DNA of 64,000 nt, taken from Amoebidium appalachense (lineage: Eukaryota > Protista > Ichthyosporea). The notes under the pieces were generated by a model. That model saw only the letters and a program-made list of their open reading frames with translations. It did not search any database and was not told the origin of the DNA. Numbering within the stretch: position 1 is the first letter of the stretch; every line of letters starts with the position of its first letter. Made by a program: the position numbers and the translations under genes. This document shows positions 1 through 24,456 of this stretch, piece by piece. The stretch lies in contig CAVNZM010000018.1 in assembly GCA_963693365.1 (NCBI GenBank), positions 2,084,728 to 2,148,727 of the forward strand, in the 5' to 3' direction.

Positions 1-39
1 AGATACAGTGATTTATAACTCCATACACTAGGATGTTAA

Positions 40-610
40 CCTCTTGCGGACCGGCCTCATTGATTTTACCGGGTCCCGGTAGGGACCTAAACAACTCTAT
101 TGCGGCTCAAAATCACTACAAAAACCCCAAATAAATCGTAAATGTCGACAGGTATGTATCTTAACTACATACCTTACTAAGATGGTTTGGGGAAAATATC
201 ATTAATTCGTATACTTTTATATATGTTTCTAAAGTGACTCTCGAGATTTTGAGAAAATCTTGGAGTTGCCACCGAATGTCGACTGAACCGGCCAATCATG
301 TTTTGCCATTTGGAGCCATTTTCACAATGGTCCAATCAGAAGATTGCATTGACAGCATTTCAATGTCGTCATTGACTCGTCAAGCCGGCAAGCACGCTTT
401 GTAGCTACACCATATACAAGGTATCGTTATTAGAGTAAAGTTCAATTTTTTTTTTTGCATAAGACGAAGGATAAGTGTATTTTCTAATCTCGTGCAACTT
501 TCATTTGGCTAGTTCCTATCAACTTCATGTTCACATTAGAGCAACAATTTAGTCGTCTCCGTGCTGGTGACCTCGATCTCAATCTGGTGAAATTCACGGT
601 CCTCAATAGG
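40..610. mobile_element. piggyBac-like MITE (non-autonomous, TTAA target site duplication)
   Basis: TTAA at 36-39 and 611-614. The ends are inverted repeats: CCTCTTGCGGACCG (40-53) vs the reverse complement of the right end, CCTATTGAGGACCG. No coding capacity. Confidence 0.7.
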
Positions 611-651
611 TTAAGATTATATACATCAACATAAAATGTATTGAACCAAAC

Positions 652-10039
<9,388 letters not shown>

Positions 10040-10097
10040 CTGGGTTGGTGTGTGGGTAGTGGTGAGGAGAACGAAAATGTCTTCAATGTTGAGCATT

Positions 10098-10245
10098 AAG
10101 GGGGTTTCTTTTAGGTATCCGGGTCGGGTCAGACCAAAATGGGATGTTTGCAGTATAACTGACTTGGTGGGCGTCAAACAGCATTTGGCCCGACTCGATG
10201 ATTAAAAAGCGGTGACAATGAATCGGCCTAAAAGAAACCCCCCTT
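10098..10245. mobile_element. Short MITE, intact copy (~148 bp)
   Basis: TIRs AAGGGGGTTTCTTTTAGG ... CCTAAAAGAAACCCCCCTT. Three copies in the window. Confidence 0.75.
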
Positions 10246-11048
10246 GTTTGTGGTCGTATGTGTGTGATGTGGTATACTGTGTGAGAGGATGTGTGATGTA
10301 TCGAAACGTGCGCCATAGCCCGCAGTAGTGTGTGGCGTGTAGTGCGTGTATGTATATGGCATATACTTGTGGGGTGGGTAGGATGCTTGTAATCGGATGG
10401 GGACGTGTGTGCATGGGATGCATGTGAGTGGAGGTAAGGTGTGCATGTGTGTGTGTGCGTGTGCTTGTGCTTGTGTGTGTACTTCTGTGTGTATGCGTGG
10501 GTGGGGGGGAGGAGGTGTGACGGGATGATGCTTGAATCGGGATGGGGAAGCATGCACAAGGAATGCACGTGGGTGGGGGCAAGTGGTTGTTCTTGCTTCT
10601 CTTCTGTGCCCACGTAAATGCAATCCATGTCTCCTTTTGTGCAAATTTTTACTATGTGGCAGTAAGGTTGCAACTGTGCACAAACAGGTTCTTGGGTGTA
10701 GAGAGAGTGAAAGCGCGCCGTGAATGCATATATAGGTTGGGGATGAGCAACATGCTTGCGAGTTTTGATGTAACCTACTGTTACTTCCTTAGTCTGTTTT
10801 CCAAATATTGAGCAGCACCCAAAAGCTGTAAGTGGACAAAGGGACTTGCGGGTGTTGGGGGGGTTGGTGTGTGAAGTTTGGTGCGTGTGTGCTCTTGGCA
10901 TGGAGGCAAGCATTGCAAAGATAATGCAGTTTCGGTCGTGTGTGTGTATACCTGGGACCATTCCGTACCTATGTTATCACAAAAAGATGTTGTTTGTTAC
11001 ACAGCCTGTGCGTGTGTGCATGCGTGCGTGCGCGCGTGTGTGCGTGCA

Positions 11049-11155
<107 letters not shown>

Positions 11156-11192
11156 TGTTGTTTGTTACACAGCCGGTGCGTGTGTGCGTGCA

Positions 11193-11254
<62 letters not shown>

Positions 11255-11257
11255 TGT

Positions 11258-11338
<81 letters not shown>

Positions 11339-11930
11339 CGCGGATGCTTAACATGCACAAGCATCTTTACCTAATAAAACACGACATACCCATGTTTGAA
11401 GCCTCCTGCCGGAGCACACAGAGCTGTGACTATTGTAGTCGGTTTCCCTTTCAGCCGCCTAAAGTAAAGTTCGCTATGCTCATTTTTCTAGATCCTTCTC
11501 ATGTGCTTAAGGCTGTGTATGTATGAAAGTGTAAAAGCAAAGAAACCAAATTAGCAGCACTGAAAGCTGGGGTCGACGTAACGCCTGTCTAAAGCATGAT
11601 CAACGCCTATATTACAACTTTACTATGGCGTGGAACATGAAGCACGCATAAAAGCGCTGCTGATAAAAGGGTGAAATAGCTGTTCTGCCACGATTTATGC
11701 CAAGTTCTGTGTCACTAAACTACATGTGCTTTTATTCTAGTTTATTGACTGTTGTCTGCACAAACTATGTACGGCTTTCATATAACCTTATATTTCTACA
11801 TCAGAGACTATGTTCTCTGAATCATGGCCAAGTCCAAAGTGGGCTTCACAGGCTCGAGCTCAAGCAAATAATGGCGCGCAAATCTATTTTTTCGCGCCAG
11901 ATTATTCTTCAACCAATCAGAACATTCCCC

Positions 11931-11961
<31 letters not shown>

Positions 11962-12499
11962 ACACACACGCACACAACTAGAGCTCTCGCCGGCCCGGCC
12001 CCCCGCCGCCCGGGCCCAGCATCCGGCGCCCCCGGACCCACGGTCGTCTTCGGAACACATATTTGTAGATGGCCGTGACCTGCCGTGCCCGGTCCCCCGG
12101 CCCCCGCCGCCTCCCCCTCCTCCTCCCCCCCCCCCCCCCCCCCTCTCACGGCCTCCGGCCCCCCCCCCCCTCCCCCCCCCCAACACACACACACGCACAC
12201 ACTCACTCACACACACACACCACCACCACCACTACCACCACCACCATCACCACCACCACCCACCCACCCACCCACCCACCCACCCAATCCCCGTCCGCCG
12301 GCCCGCCCGCGTGCCCACCAAGCCCCGTGACTCTCCTGACAACTTCCCCCCCCCCCCCCCCCCCCTTCCCTTCCCTCCACCCTCCCCCCCCCCTCCCCAC
12401 CCCCTCCCCCCACCCCCCTCCCCCCCCTCCCCCCGGGCCCCCAGGCCCCCACCCCCTCCCCTCCCCCAGCCCACCCAGCTCAGCCACCCACCCAACCGG

Positions 12500-13490
12500 C
12501 AGCCAGCGCCTCGAGCTCCATGGCCGGTATTAGCAATTATTGATCATGATGTGGTTTTCTCGTCCTACATGTGTGATGAGCCTACTGTCTTTCGTTCTTC
12601 CCTACGACTCAACATTTCCACGTGCTCCTTCAGCCTTTTCCTCCCCCGTCAAAAATGTATGGATGGGCATGCGTATACGGCCGTCCCTCTGTGTCTAAGC
12701 GACGGACTTTGCAAAGATACGCTTGTACCGCTGCAGCTGCTGATTGTTGCTTCGTCCGGTAGGTACAGTGACCCTCCCAAAAGCCAGCCCAAAGGGGGGG
12801 GCTCACAGTGCCTGAGGTTTGCATTGACCCCCCCTCCTCCCCCCCCCCCCCCATATGTATACGGCAGGAACGAACCAATCCAGAACGTTCGTTTACTCAT
12901 GTAGCTGGTGGCACCAGGGGAGGATGGTGGGAGGGGGGGTGGGGGGGGGGGGGGGGGGGGGGAAGGGCGAGAAGGAGGGAGAGGGGGGGGGGGGGGGGGG
13001 GTAGCAGTTATTCATGCAGCATTTTGATGGCAAGAGCAAAAGCGTTGTTGTTCCAGTGGCTAGCAAAACTATCAACTGCACTAGCCCCAACCACTCTACC
13101 ATCATTATAAAGTTACTACTTGAAGTATACCCTGAGCTCACTAATAAATAGAAAACATCATATGTGGGGAGCGGGGCCCCTGCCCTGTGGGGAGGGAGGG
13201 GGGGGAGGGGGGGAGGGGGGGAGGGAGGGTACACTATTGTTTACGGTTCGGATGCGAACAATCAGCTCATCAGTTGTAGGAATAGGAGGAAAAAAGTGTT
13301 CATATTGGTGTATAGAGGTGGAAGTGTAGCACTTTTGGATAGCCGGAGGTGGGCGGGTGGGCGGGAGAATTGGGGGGAGGGGGGGGGGGGGATGGGGGGG
13401 ATGGGCGGGCATAGCAATGTTATGAAGGCAGCCCCCCTTCACCTCGAGCTCCCCCCTCCCCTCCCTCCCCCCCCCCCCCCCCCCCCCCCC

Positions 13491-13525
<35 letters not shown>

Positions 13526-13801
13526 ACTCATATCCCCCGGAATTCCCATTGCCCTCGAAATCTCTTCCTTAGCACACAAAGTTAGCACACTGACAGGCAC
13601 AAACCACTTTGGTCGCCTCCATTCCATTTGGGGTTTAACACTTTTAATATTCGCCTTTTCCCTTTCCCAAATCCACCCAAGGCCCATCGCAGAGAGGGAA
13701 TACTACAACTTACACCGGGCCGGGTCGATGTTTGGCTTGTAAATACTATGCCCATGAAATTTCAAAAGTATTGTCGCTGTCTCGGCCCTATGTGGGCCTA
13801 A
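12500..13801 (+). CDS. Possible spliced gene of unknown function (weak B-lectin-like motif)
   Basis: Non-repetitive open segments at ~12510-12760 (PWPVLAIIDHDVVFSSYMCDEP...). A phase-matched junction from ~13348|GT to AG|13597 gives RKKVFILVYRGGSVALLDSRRHKPLWSPPFHLGFNTFNIRLF...CRCLGPMWA*. The other exon links are not resolved. Confidence 0.3.
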
Positions 13802-14036
13802 CTCACACATACAACTGCCTTTATTTCCTGTATCAAAATATCGCAAATTTCAACATCGCAGTAACCATTTTTACTGCATTTCGTTTGTGTTTTCATGTTC
13901 ATCCACATAGTAAGGTAAATAGCTGCTACAAAAAAGGTAGTGGCTACATACTAGCAGTGTATATCCTGGTATTAGTATGGTGCATAAACAATACTCCGAG
14001 TAACCTAAAAACAAAACCATAAACGGTGTTTGCAGC

Positions 14037-14127
<91 letters not shown>

Positions 14128-14138
14128 TTGTGACTGAC

Positions 14139-14182
<44 letters not shown>

Positions 14183-14210
14183 ACTGACGGTGTGTTTGTG
14201 TGCATGTGTG

Positions 14211-14317
<107 letters not shown>

Positions 14318-14564
14318 TTGACGGCGTGTGTGTGCGTGTGTACGTCCCATCAGTGTGGTTCCTAGTTGTGTGGGTGTGTATATAGTTTAATAGTTTGCCT
14401 ACGTCAATGTTTAAGTTGGAGCCCCCTTAAGCACATTGCACCGACATATACCGCAACGGTGCACAAACTATGGAAAAAAAGACATTCGTTTTGGGTTTTC
14501 GGTGTGATGTCTTAGTGCTATGATAATACGGTATAAATTTTATGTTCCTAACAGAGCCTCCCGT

Positions 14565-16214
14565 TCATTGGTTTGCTATCGGTAGCGCTGGTTGTACTCG
14601 AACAAGGGTTGGTGGGGGTACAAAGAGATATCCAGCACCCACTTCGGTACGCAGCAAAGGACGATAACTGAAAGATGGAAGTGAAGAAATTGGAACACCC
14701 TCTGGTATGCGCACACCCATTGTGTATTCAGAAAGAACAGGATTTCCGACATTTGCGTGTTGCAAAAGTTCAATATAACGATGGTCAGATGGGGAAATGG
14801 TTCCCTGTAGGAAGAAATTTCCCGAAATTTTCGTCTTGTTATCTCCGGCAGTTCCGAGCCTAATGAGCAGAGAATCTTTAGATCGGCCAACAAAAGTGTT
14901 GTTCGTAATCTCCGTTTTTGCAATCGGAAGATCGTCCGGGTTATCGAAACCAAGCCCAAGCCCAAGACACCAAGTACAATCTACGGCCAAATTTCGCAGA
15001 ATTTTGGTTTTTGTCGCGGGGCTTCTCCCTCTCGTATGCAGGTTCCCTCCCAACACCGATATACTCCCATGGACTTTGTTTGCCACGGATCTCTCCCCGT
15101 CGATATAGTTCTCGGCGATCGTGTTTTGTTTGCTAGCCGTACGCAGGCCCGAGCAGCCCTCCTGGCCATTGCAGAAAATATAATTTCCTAGAATAAAATT
15201 TCGCGATCCTGTGCGAACGGAGATCATACCGGTTCCCCCATAGACCGTGTTGTATTTGATGTAATTGGACGACGCTTTAACGCTTACAGTTTCGGCATCA
15301 GACGAAATCCTATCGAAAACATTAAAGGAGACGGTGATATTTGTTTTGTGCTTTGGATTACTTAACCCTACTTGGATAATCTCTCCCCCGTTCGCACCCA
15401 ACTGCACCCTCGGACCGAAATAATTGTACGAAATTACGTGGTTTTTGCTGTCCATTTCAACAGACCCTGGGATTTTGCTCCGCACACGCACCATCTCGCC
15501 TAGGTGGTTCATGTTTTTGAACGTGTTCCATTCGATCCGGTGGCCATCCCCCCATATGTCAATCGTAGTTTGCTTTAACGAGGGGAACAGATTGGAGGGG
15601 TGAAACGAGTCAAACGTACACTGGATTACACGGCACCCTGTTGTGTTTGCATAAAGCTGGATGGCCGGATACGTGAGATTTTTGGTCCCATAAAACACAA
15701 ACCCCTGAATTTCTACGAAATTCGCACGCACAACAAAGGTACTGTCACCTGTAAAGATAACACATCCGGGAGTTTCTGCTTTCACGATCAACATCTTTTC
15801 CAGAGATTCCCCGCCCCTGCGTATTCTCATGGGGCCTGTGTTGTTATACACACCGCATTTTACAACAGCCGCTTCTCCCGGGGAAGTTCGAATTTTTCGT
15901 ATTAGGTGTGGATAAACGTACCGTGAACGTAGTGGAATGGATGGGTTTGGGTGGGTAACAGGAGGGTCATTGAACGGAAAACTGAAAGGAACTTGCCGTG
16001 CATTCTTTTGTGTTGTTTGCTCAGTTAGCATTGATTGTAGTGTGTTGGGTAGAGAGAATGTGGAAAGTAGGGGTTTGGTCGGAGAGTGTGGTCTTGTGTA
16101 GAGGTATATGTGTGTTGTGTTGATGTGTACTAGCGGTGCAGCACAAAGAAAGAAGAGTAAATGGGACAGGGTGAGGCAGGAAGAGAATAATCTTATTGAC
16201 CTCTTAGCACCCAT
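14565..16214 (-). CDS. Polysaccharide lyase family 6 (chondroitinase B/alginate lyase-like, right-handed beta-helix), intronless, with an N-terminal hydrophobic segment
   Basis: 549-aa ORF with PL6 motifs HRIEWNTF, NHVISYNYFGPRVQLGANGGEIIQVG, DAETVSVKASSNYIKYNT, SVRTGSRNFILGNY and GLRTASKQNTIAENY (cf. NGGETIRIG / EIISNKS / TLRHG). No microsatellites across 1.65 kb. Confidence 0.85.
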   Translation of the reverse strand: MGAKRSIRLFSSCLTLSHLLFFLCAAPLVHINTTHIYLYTRPHSPTKPLLSTFSLPNTLQSMLTEQTTQKNARQVPFSFPFNDPPVTHPNPSIPLRSRYVYPHLIRKIRTSPGEAAVVKCGVYNNTGPMRIRRGGESLEKMLIVKAETPGCVIFTGDSTFVVRANFVEIQGFVFYGTKNLTYPAIQLYANTTGCRVIQCTFDSFHPSNLFPSLKQTTIDIWGDGHRIEWNTFKNMNHLGEMVRVRSKIPGSVEMDSKNHVISYNYFGPRVQLGANGGEIIQVGLSNPKHKTNITVSFNVFDRISSDAETVSVKASSNYIKYNTVYGGTGMISVRTGSRNFILGNYIFCNGQEGCSGLRTASKQNTIAENYIDGERSVANKVHGSISVLGGNLHTRGRSPATKTKILRNLAVDCTWCLGLGLGFDNPDDLPIAKTEITNNTFVGRSKDSLLIRLGTAGDNKTKISGNFFLQGTISPSDHRYIELLQHANVGNPVLSEYTMGVRIPEGVPISSLPSFSYRPLLRTEVGAGYLFVPPPTLVRVQPALPIANQ

Positions 16215-17559
16215 TTTCGACCTTAATAACTACTTTGCACAAATACAGTTGCAGTAGTCTACTAACATGTACATAGCATCGTCATTCCATAGTCACTGAT
16301 GTTTGAGCAACCCTAACTGATATATATTGGAACTCTAGCATGTAAGCATATGCAACCCCTTCTTTCATTTACTGCACGGGCTGCTCTACTAACAGTTACT
16401 TGCACAGTATTGCACGTAATGAGCCGTGGAAATCATATCAAATGTCCAAGTCAGTGACATGCATGCCCAAACCCTGTGCAAACAGTGATACCCACACACT
16501 AACTAAAACCAAAACTATACCGAGCCATAGTAATGGGTGCGATTGTGTCTGGCACGCCCATGTGGTTGGCACACAGTAGGAGCGGGAGCATATGGCCCGC
16601 AGGTGCAGATCTTGGCCCAATTAACTATCACATGTGTACTTTGGGAGGCCCTTTTTGAAAGTTGGGCTCCTGTCTGTTGTTACAAAGTACGATGAGCATA
16701 GTACGAGCGAGTCTACTAGTACTGCTGGACTTTTCATTGCCAAACTTAGAGCGCCTTATAAACTTGTTGAAGAAGATCATGATAAATTATCACTGTACAC
16801 ATATGAACGTTTGAAAAGGCGGGAAACATGAATGAATGTACGACAAGTCGGAACGGCAGTCTTGCACAGGGTCACGTTATGAAACGTTCCAGACCGGCCG
16901 GATACTGTGTGCATTCCCGTGATCCCATGCCTTGGCAGTATTATCCATCGTGTATACACACGGTCCCATGGCAGCATGCATTAGGTGTATTTTTTTGGTT
17001 TTTTGCTTCCAGATTCCTGTTTTCTTTTCCTTATTGCGCGATGCCTCAGAGGCTCTTAGGTTACGGTGTGGTACGTGACCGTCCTGCAGGAAGGTGCAGA
17101 TTCAGTGAAAAGGGACCAGCCAATCAAACGGCTAGCAACCATCTGATTGGCAAATATCTTGGCATTTGAGCGCGGCAAATAAATCGCGCGCTGCCGAATA
17201 GATCCAAGATTATTAGCAGCCATTTCACGATTATGATCGTGATTTACATTGCGTTTTTCACGTGTGCAGAGAGCTGGCTTATCAAACTTTATAGCTGATA
17301 TTGTGTCGGTAGTTTGTGGTGCGCAGTCACGTACGTGTGGCACGCCTTTGTGCACTTTTGGCACGCGTACACAAACATGAACATCCTACTAGTAGCTACG
17401 AGCCCATGAACTTCTGTTGACAACGTGTGTGTGTGTGTATGCACGTGATTCTGTGTGTGCGTGCGTGTCATCTGGCTAAGATGTATGTGTGCCGCATGTC
17501 AGTGTGTGTGCGTGTGTGGGTGGGTGCCATTAAGCTTGTTAGTGCATGTTTGTGTGTCA

Positions 17560-19250
<1,691 letters not shown>

Positions 19251-19907
19251 CTTGCTTCTTCCTTCAACCCCCCCTCCCCCTCTCCCCTCTCCCCCCCCTC
19301 CGCCCCCCCCCCCCCCCCCCGGCCGGGCCCCCCTCCCCCTCCCCCTCCCTGGAAAAAGGGATCGCCGTAGCAGGACTGAGAGAAGAGAGCAAGAGAGAGA
19401 GGCTGAGAGAGAGAGAGAGAAAGAGAGAACAGCTGTATTTAGTTACACGTGTATAGCTTAGGAATACGTAGGCTATTTTTGTGCATATGCATATATGTGG
19501 AATGTGCTTATGTGCACGTGTTAACGTTTAAAAAAAAAGGGGGGGGGGTGTTTCTGTCCCTATTGGAAAATTTCTTAACCCCATTTTTTTTCTCCTAAGG
19601 TATAATTTCCGTTTGAAAGCCTTCGTCTCGATTGAAACTGGAAAAAAAGGTGTTGGCTCAGTTTCAAGCACAACACACAGACGTTTTCGGTTTTTGATTG
19701 TAAATAGCATGAGTATCTGAAGCTCAGGCGAATTGAAAGCTGAACACAAGTGCTACTACTGAAGCAGCAAATCTTAGGCTTCCTGCGCACAAGTCTTTGT
19801 TGTGTGTGGTCTCAGATGCATTTAGAGGGCCGAGTGCCCACTCTGCCCCCCTGTGCAGGAGTGGAGGAGGGGAAGGTGGTCGTGGTGGTGGTTTTTTTTT
19901 TTTTTTT

Positions 19908-19945
<38 letters not shown>

Positions 19946-20517
19946 GGGGGAGTGGTGGGGGGCGAGGGGGGGAGGGTGGGGGGGGGGGGGGGGGGGGGGG
20001 GGGGCTGCCTCGGGGGGAGGGGCTCCCTTGGGGGGAGGGGGGAGAAGAGAGAGAGAGAGGCACACACACACAGGGAGGGGAGAGGAGAGAGGGAGGGAGA
20101 GAGGGGCTTTGCGGTAGGGGGCCGGAGAGCGCGAGAGAATCTAGAGAGAGTGTGTGAGAAAGCGCCTGTGTGCGTGCGTGCGTTCGTGCGTGCATCGGTG
20201 CGTGCGTGCGGGCGGACGTGTGTGCGTGCGTGCGTGCGTGCGTGCCTGCGTGCGTGTGTGTGTGTTCGTGTGTGTGTGTCCGTGGGTGTGCGCATGGGCG
20301 CGTGTTGTGCGTGCGTGCATGTGTGTGCATGTTCGTGTGTGGTGCCCTTGCCTCTGTAATACCGGGCTTATAAAAGAGGCAAGAGCCCCACACACACGCG
20401 CATCCACACACATGCATATCAAATCCTATCCTAATCCTTAGCCTCGGGCGGCTCGCAGGGCACGAGCACCGTGCTCCGGCTTTTTAATGACGCTAGAACA
20501 CCGTGATCTAGCTTACG

Positions 20518-20529
20518 ATGACGTCATCA
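20518..20529. promoter_or_regulatory. Palindromic CRE/ATF-like site upstream of BORCS8
   Basis: GATGACGTCATC about 140 bp upstream of the ATG at 20668. Function is inferred only. Confidence 0.3.
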
Positions 20530-20667
20530 GTTTGTCTTCCAAAAGGGCTGACAGCTTTCGACACCCACAACCAGGTTTATCCGTAGCTCGTGCAACATCT
20601 AACAATATTACTTGAGCTTTCCGAACTCTATACCCACCGGCCTGTCATTTGTAGCCAAGCACACAAC

Positions 20668-21211
20668 ATGGCGCACATTCTTTTGCGAACCGATGTTCAG
20701 GAGAGTGCAGAGCAATATGCCACATTGGAGGCAGAGAGGTTGGCACGGCTGCAAGCTGCAGTGTATGAGCAGAGTGAAGACGCAGAGCTGGCGGTGAAGG
20801 TGGACAGAGGTGTGTGCTCGCCCTCTCCCTTCATCTCTCTCTTCTCTCTCTCTATCTCTACCCTTACTTCCCTCCCTCGCTATCGCTTTCTCTCACCTTC
20901 ACTCTTCCTCTTCCCCCCCCCTCCCTCCCCCCCCCCCCCCCCTTCCCCCCTTCCCTCCTCTTTCTCGTCCTCTCCCTCTCTCTCTTTTTCATCCCCGGGA
21001 TCTCTTTCTCTTACTGCATTTGTGCATGTGTGGTGTGGTGCTTGCTTGCCCCTAGCACACACACCATATACAGGTGTAGCACGTGCGATCACAATATTCT
21101 CACTGACTGACACATACAAGCCAGCACATCTTGTGCAAACATTTTCACACGTTCCTTTTCTCTCCTTACCTGCTCAATACCTCCTCCTTTCCTCCATACA
21201 TCCCCCCCCCC

Positions 21212-21246
<35 letters not shown>

Positions 21247-21850
21247 ACACCTCCCTCTTCCCCTTTTTCTAGCTCGCACGCAACCACATGCACGCTTGCG
21301 CATCTGTTTTCCACATATGACGCTTACCAATTAAAAATGCACACAGCTCTACATCTTATCCTTCACACCTATCGATTCCATTATTTACAATTTCACTTTT
21401 GTGCCCGCAACCTGCATGGAGCAACGCTCGAACTTCATCAGCCCCCCCCCCCCCCTCCCCCCTCCCCCTCTCCCCTGTGTGGTGCTTCCTCCACTTTTCC
21501 AACCCTCCAATGTGTACATCACCCCCCGGCCCCCCTCCCCCCCCCCCCTCCCCCCCCTCCCCCCCCCCCCCCCCCCCCTTCCCCCCCCCCCCCCCCCCCC
21601 CCCCTTCCCCCCCCCCCAACCCCCCGTCTCCCTCCCACCCCAACCCTCCAAAAACCTTCTGGTGAAACCTCCAGTCCCTCTCTCCCCCTCACCTCTCTTA
21701 TTCTTGGTTTCTGAATCACGTGTTTGTTTCGCTGTTGTTTAAAAATCTTGACATTTTGGTCGTCCCCCCCCCCCCCCCCCCCCCCCCCCCAAACCCCCCT
21801 CTTCCCCACACACCCACCCCCCTTTTTGGTGGTTGTTGTTGTTGTTGTTG

Positions 21851-21949
<99 letters not shown>

Positions 21950-22062
21950 AGAGTTTGGGGTGGTTGGGGTTTTTCTTTTTTTTTTTTTCCCTTTCTTTCT
22001 TTTCCACTTTCTCTCTCTTTTTTATTTGAACTTTTTTGAAGGGGGGGAGGGGTTGGCGGGGT

Positions 22063-22100
<38 letters not shown>

Positions 22101-22426
22101 CGGAATCCAAACACCGGTAGGCCAAGAGTTTGCGCTTGTTTCACAAGGTTGTGTGAATTAGCATGTGTTTACAGGGTTTGCGAGTTAAACCGTTGTATTG
22201 TGTGTGTGTGTGTGTATTTCATCGGATAACTCTACCAACCGTGAAGTGCACCTTTGGCCCCTTTGCCTGTAACACACATGTACAAGCACACACACACAAA
22301 TGCACACACTTACACACCCACTTACCCACCGACACGCCCACAACAGCACACACAAACAGAACGCACAGGTACATACCCACACAACACACAAACACTCGCG
22401 CGCACACAAGCATACACAAACACACA

Positions 22427-22502
<76 letters not shown>

Positions 22503-23521
22503 GGCGCACACACACCCCATCCCCCCCCCACCCACCCACCCACACACACACACGTACACACACACACACACAGCCATCACCTCTCTCTCCGATGACATCT
22601 ACCTGCTAGCCAATGAACCTTCTGTGGGGCTCTATCGTGTCTACGAGCACATATGCAATTCTGTCCCCGCCTTCCCGGAAAGAAAGGTAATCCCGCCCCC
22701 CTCCCCCTCCTGGCGCCTCCGCCAAATCTCCCGTCCCTTCTCCCCCTCCGCCCCCCTGCCCACACCCCCTTCATGCCCCTCTCCCTCCTCCCCCTCCCCT
22801 CCCAGCCCTCGCCTCTCCCACCCATCCCCGTCCCTACACCCCTATTTGTTGCTTGGGTGTATCCTCCATAAAAAATAAAAAAATAAAATAAAATAAAATA
22901 AAATAAAATAAAATAAAAACACCCACCCACTCCCCTTCCCCCCCCCCCCCCTTCCTCACCCGGACCACCACCCACACACACACACACACACATGTACCAC
23001 AGTACCCCCGCGCGCACACCACACACACACACATCCCTCCCTCTGTCCCACACCTTCTTTCTCTCACTGGCCAAGTCTTTAATGCTTTACAGCAGAGTGT
23101 TCGTTGTGTAATTCCTTTTTTTAATTTAATTCTTTGTAAGCCCCCCCCCCCCCCCCCCAAACACACACACCAACACCCCACCCCAACCCATTTCCAACCC
23201 TTTAATGCATACATCCTCCACCCCCCCCCCCCCCTCCCACGCCTCCCTCCCCACCTCCCCTTCGCCTCCCCCCTCCCCCCACCCCCTCCCTCCCCCCATT
23301 TTCCTCCGTCCTCCCCCCTCCCCCCCCCCCCCCCTTGTGTGTGATTTCTGGGATCTTTACATGACTGATACCCCGTTGAATCTTATGGTTGGATGGACAG
23401 GCTGAGCTTGGGGAGGTCCAAAATAAGATCCAGGGCTGCATCTTTGACGTGGACTATGCAATTAGCACCATATCGGTGCGTGTGTTTTGCCCTCCCCCCC
23501 CCCCCCCCCCCCCCCCCCTCT

Positions 23522-23555
<34 letters not shown>

Positions 23556-23711
23556 ACCACCACCACCACCACACACACACACTTCCCCCTCCCCGGGCGC
23601 CTTCCCCGTCTCTCTCCCTTTCCCTGTTCCCACTTCCCTTTGCGCGTTTTCTGCGCTTTCCCTCTCTCTCGCTCTCTCACTCTCACTCTGACTCATTCAC
23701 TCTCTCCCATT

Positions 23712-23743
<32 letters not shown>

Positions 23744-24415
23744 TTCTCCCCCCCCCCCCCCCCCCCCCCCTTTTCCCTCCCTCCCTCCTTCCCTCCCCTT
23801 CCCCCACCCCCCCCCCCCCCCCCCCCCCCCCCCTCTCTCTCACCACCCACTCACCCATGCTCACAAATTTGAGACCTATGCCGTCATCTCGGGCAAAGAC
23901 ATCACTATGACGCCGACACGATATTAGTACACACAGCCCATTTTTGCGTTGCTATGTTTGGCTCTGCCCATATATAGGTGTATAGTCTTTAAGTTCTCTA
24001 CCCACATGTGAGGTGACCTGCCGTTAAGGCTTTGCCTATCTATAGTGTGTTTTTCCTTGATTGACCAGATTTTGGGACACCTTTAAACTACATTATTGTC
24101 TCATTGAATTCCTTGTTTTGCATTTACATGGCCCTTACCTCTCATATCAACCCTTCATCCACTCATCCCCCCTCCCCCCCCCCTCCCCCCCCCCCCCCCC
24201 TCCCCCAGCCAACACCATCACCACCACCTAAAAAAAATAAAAAAATAAAAATAAAAATAAAAAAACACAGGAAGTGACGCAAAGCCGCCGTTCTTTCAAC
24301 AGTATTCAAGGGCTTTTCACAGAGGCAATTGCGGCAAAACAAAAAATCGACGAATCACTCAAGTATATAACCCTCCCCCCCCCCCCCCCCCAAAAAAAAA
24401 AAAAAAAAAAATGCC

Positions 24416-24456
<41 letters not shown>

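Noticed and set aside
238-282. Possible next RecQ4 exon (STFGGNSKIFSKSRR)
   Set aside because: It lies inside the TTAA-flanked MITE, has a weak donor, and resembles another intronic segment near 7775-7800.
11810-12904. 364-aa ORF as a single-exon gene
   Set aside because: Most of its length is C-run and CA repeat. Only the 3' third looks protein-like, and it is covered by the low-confidence spliced gene call.
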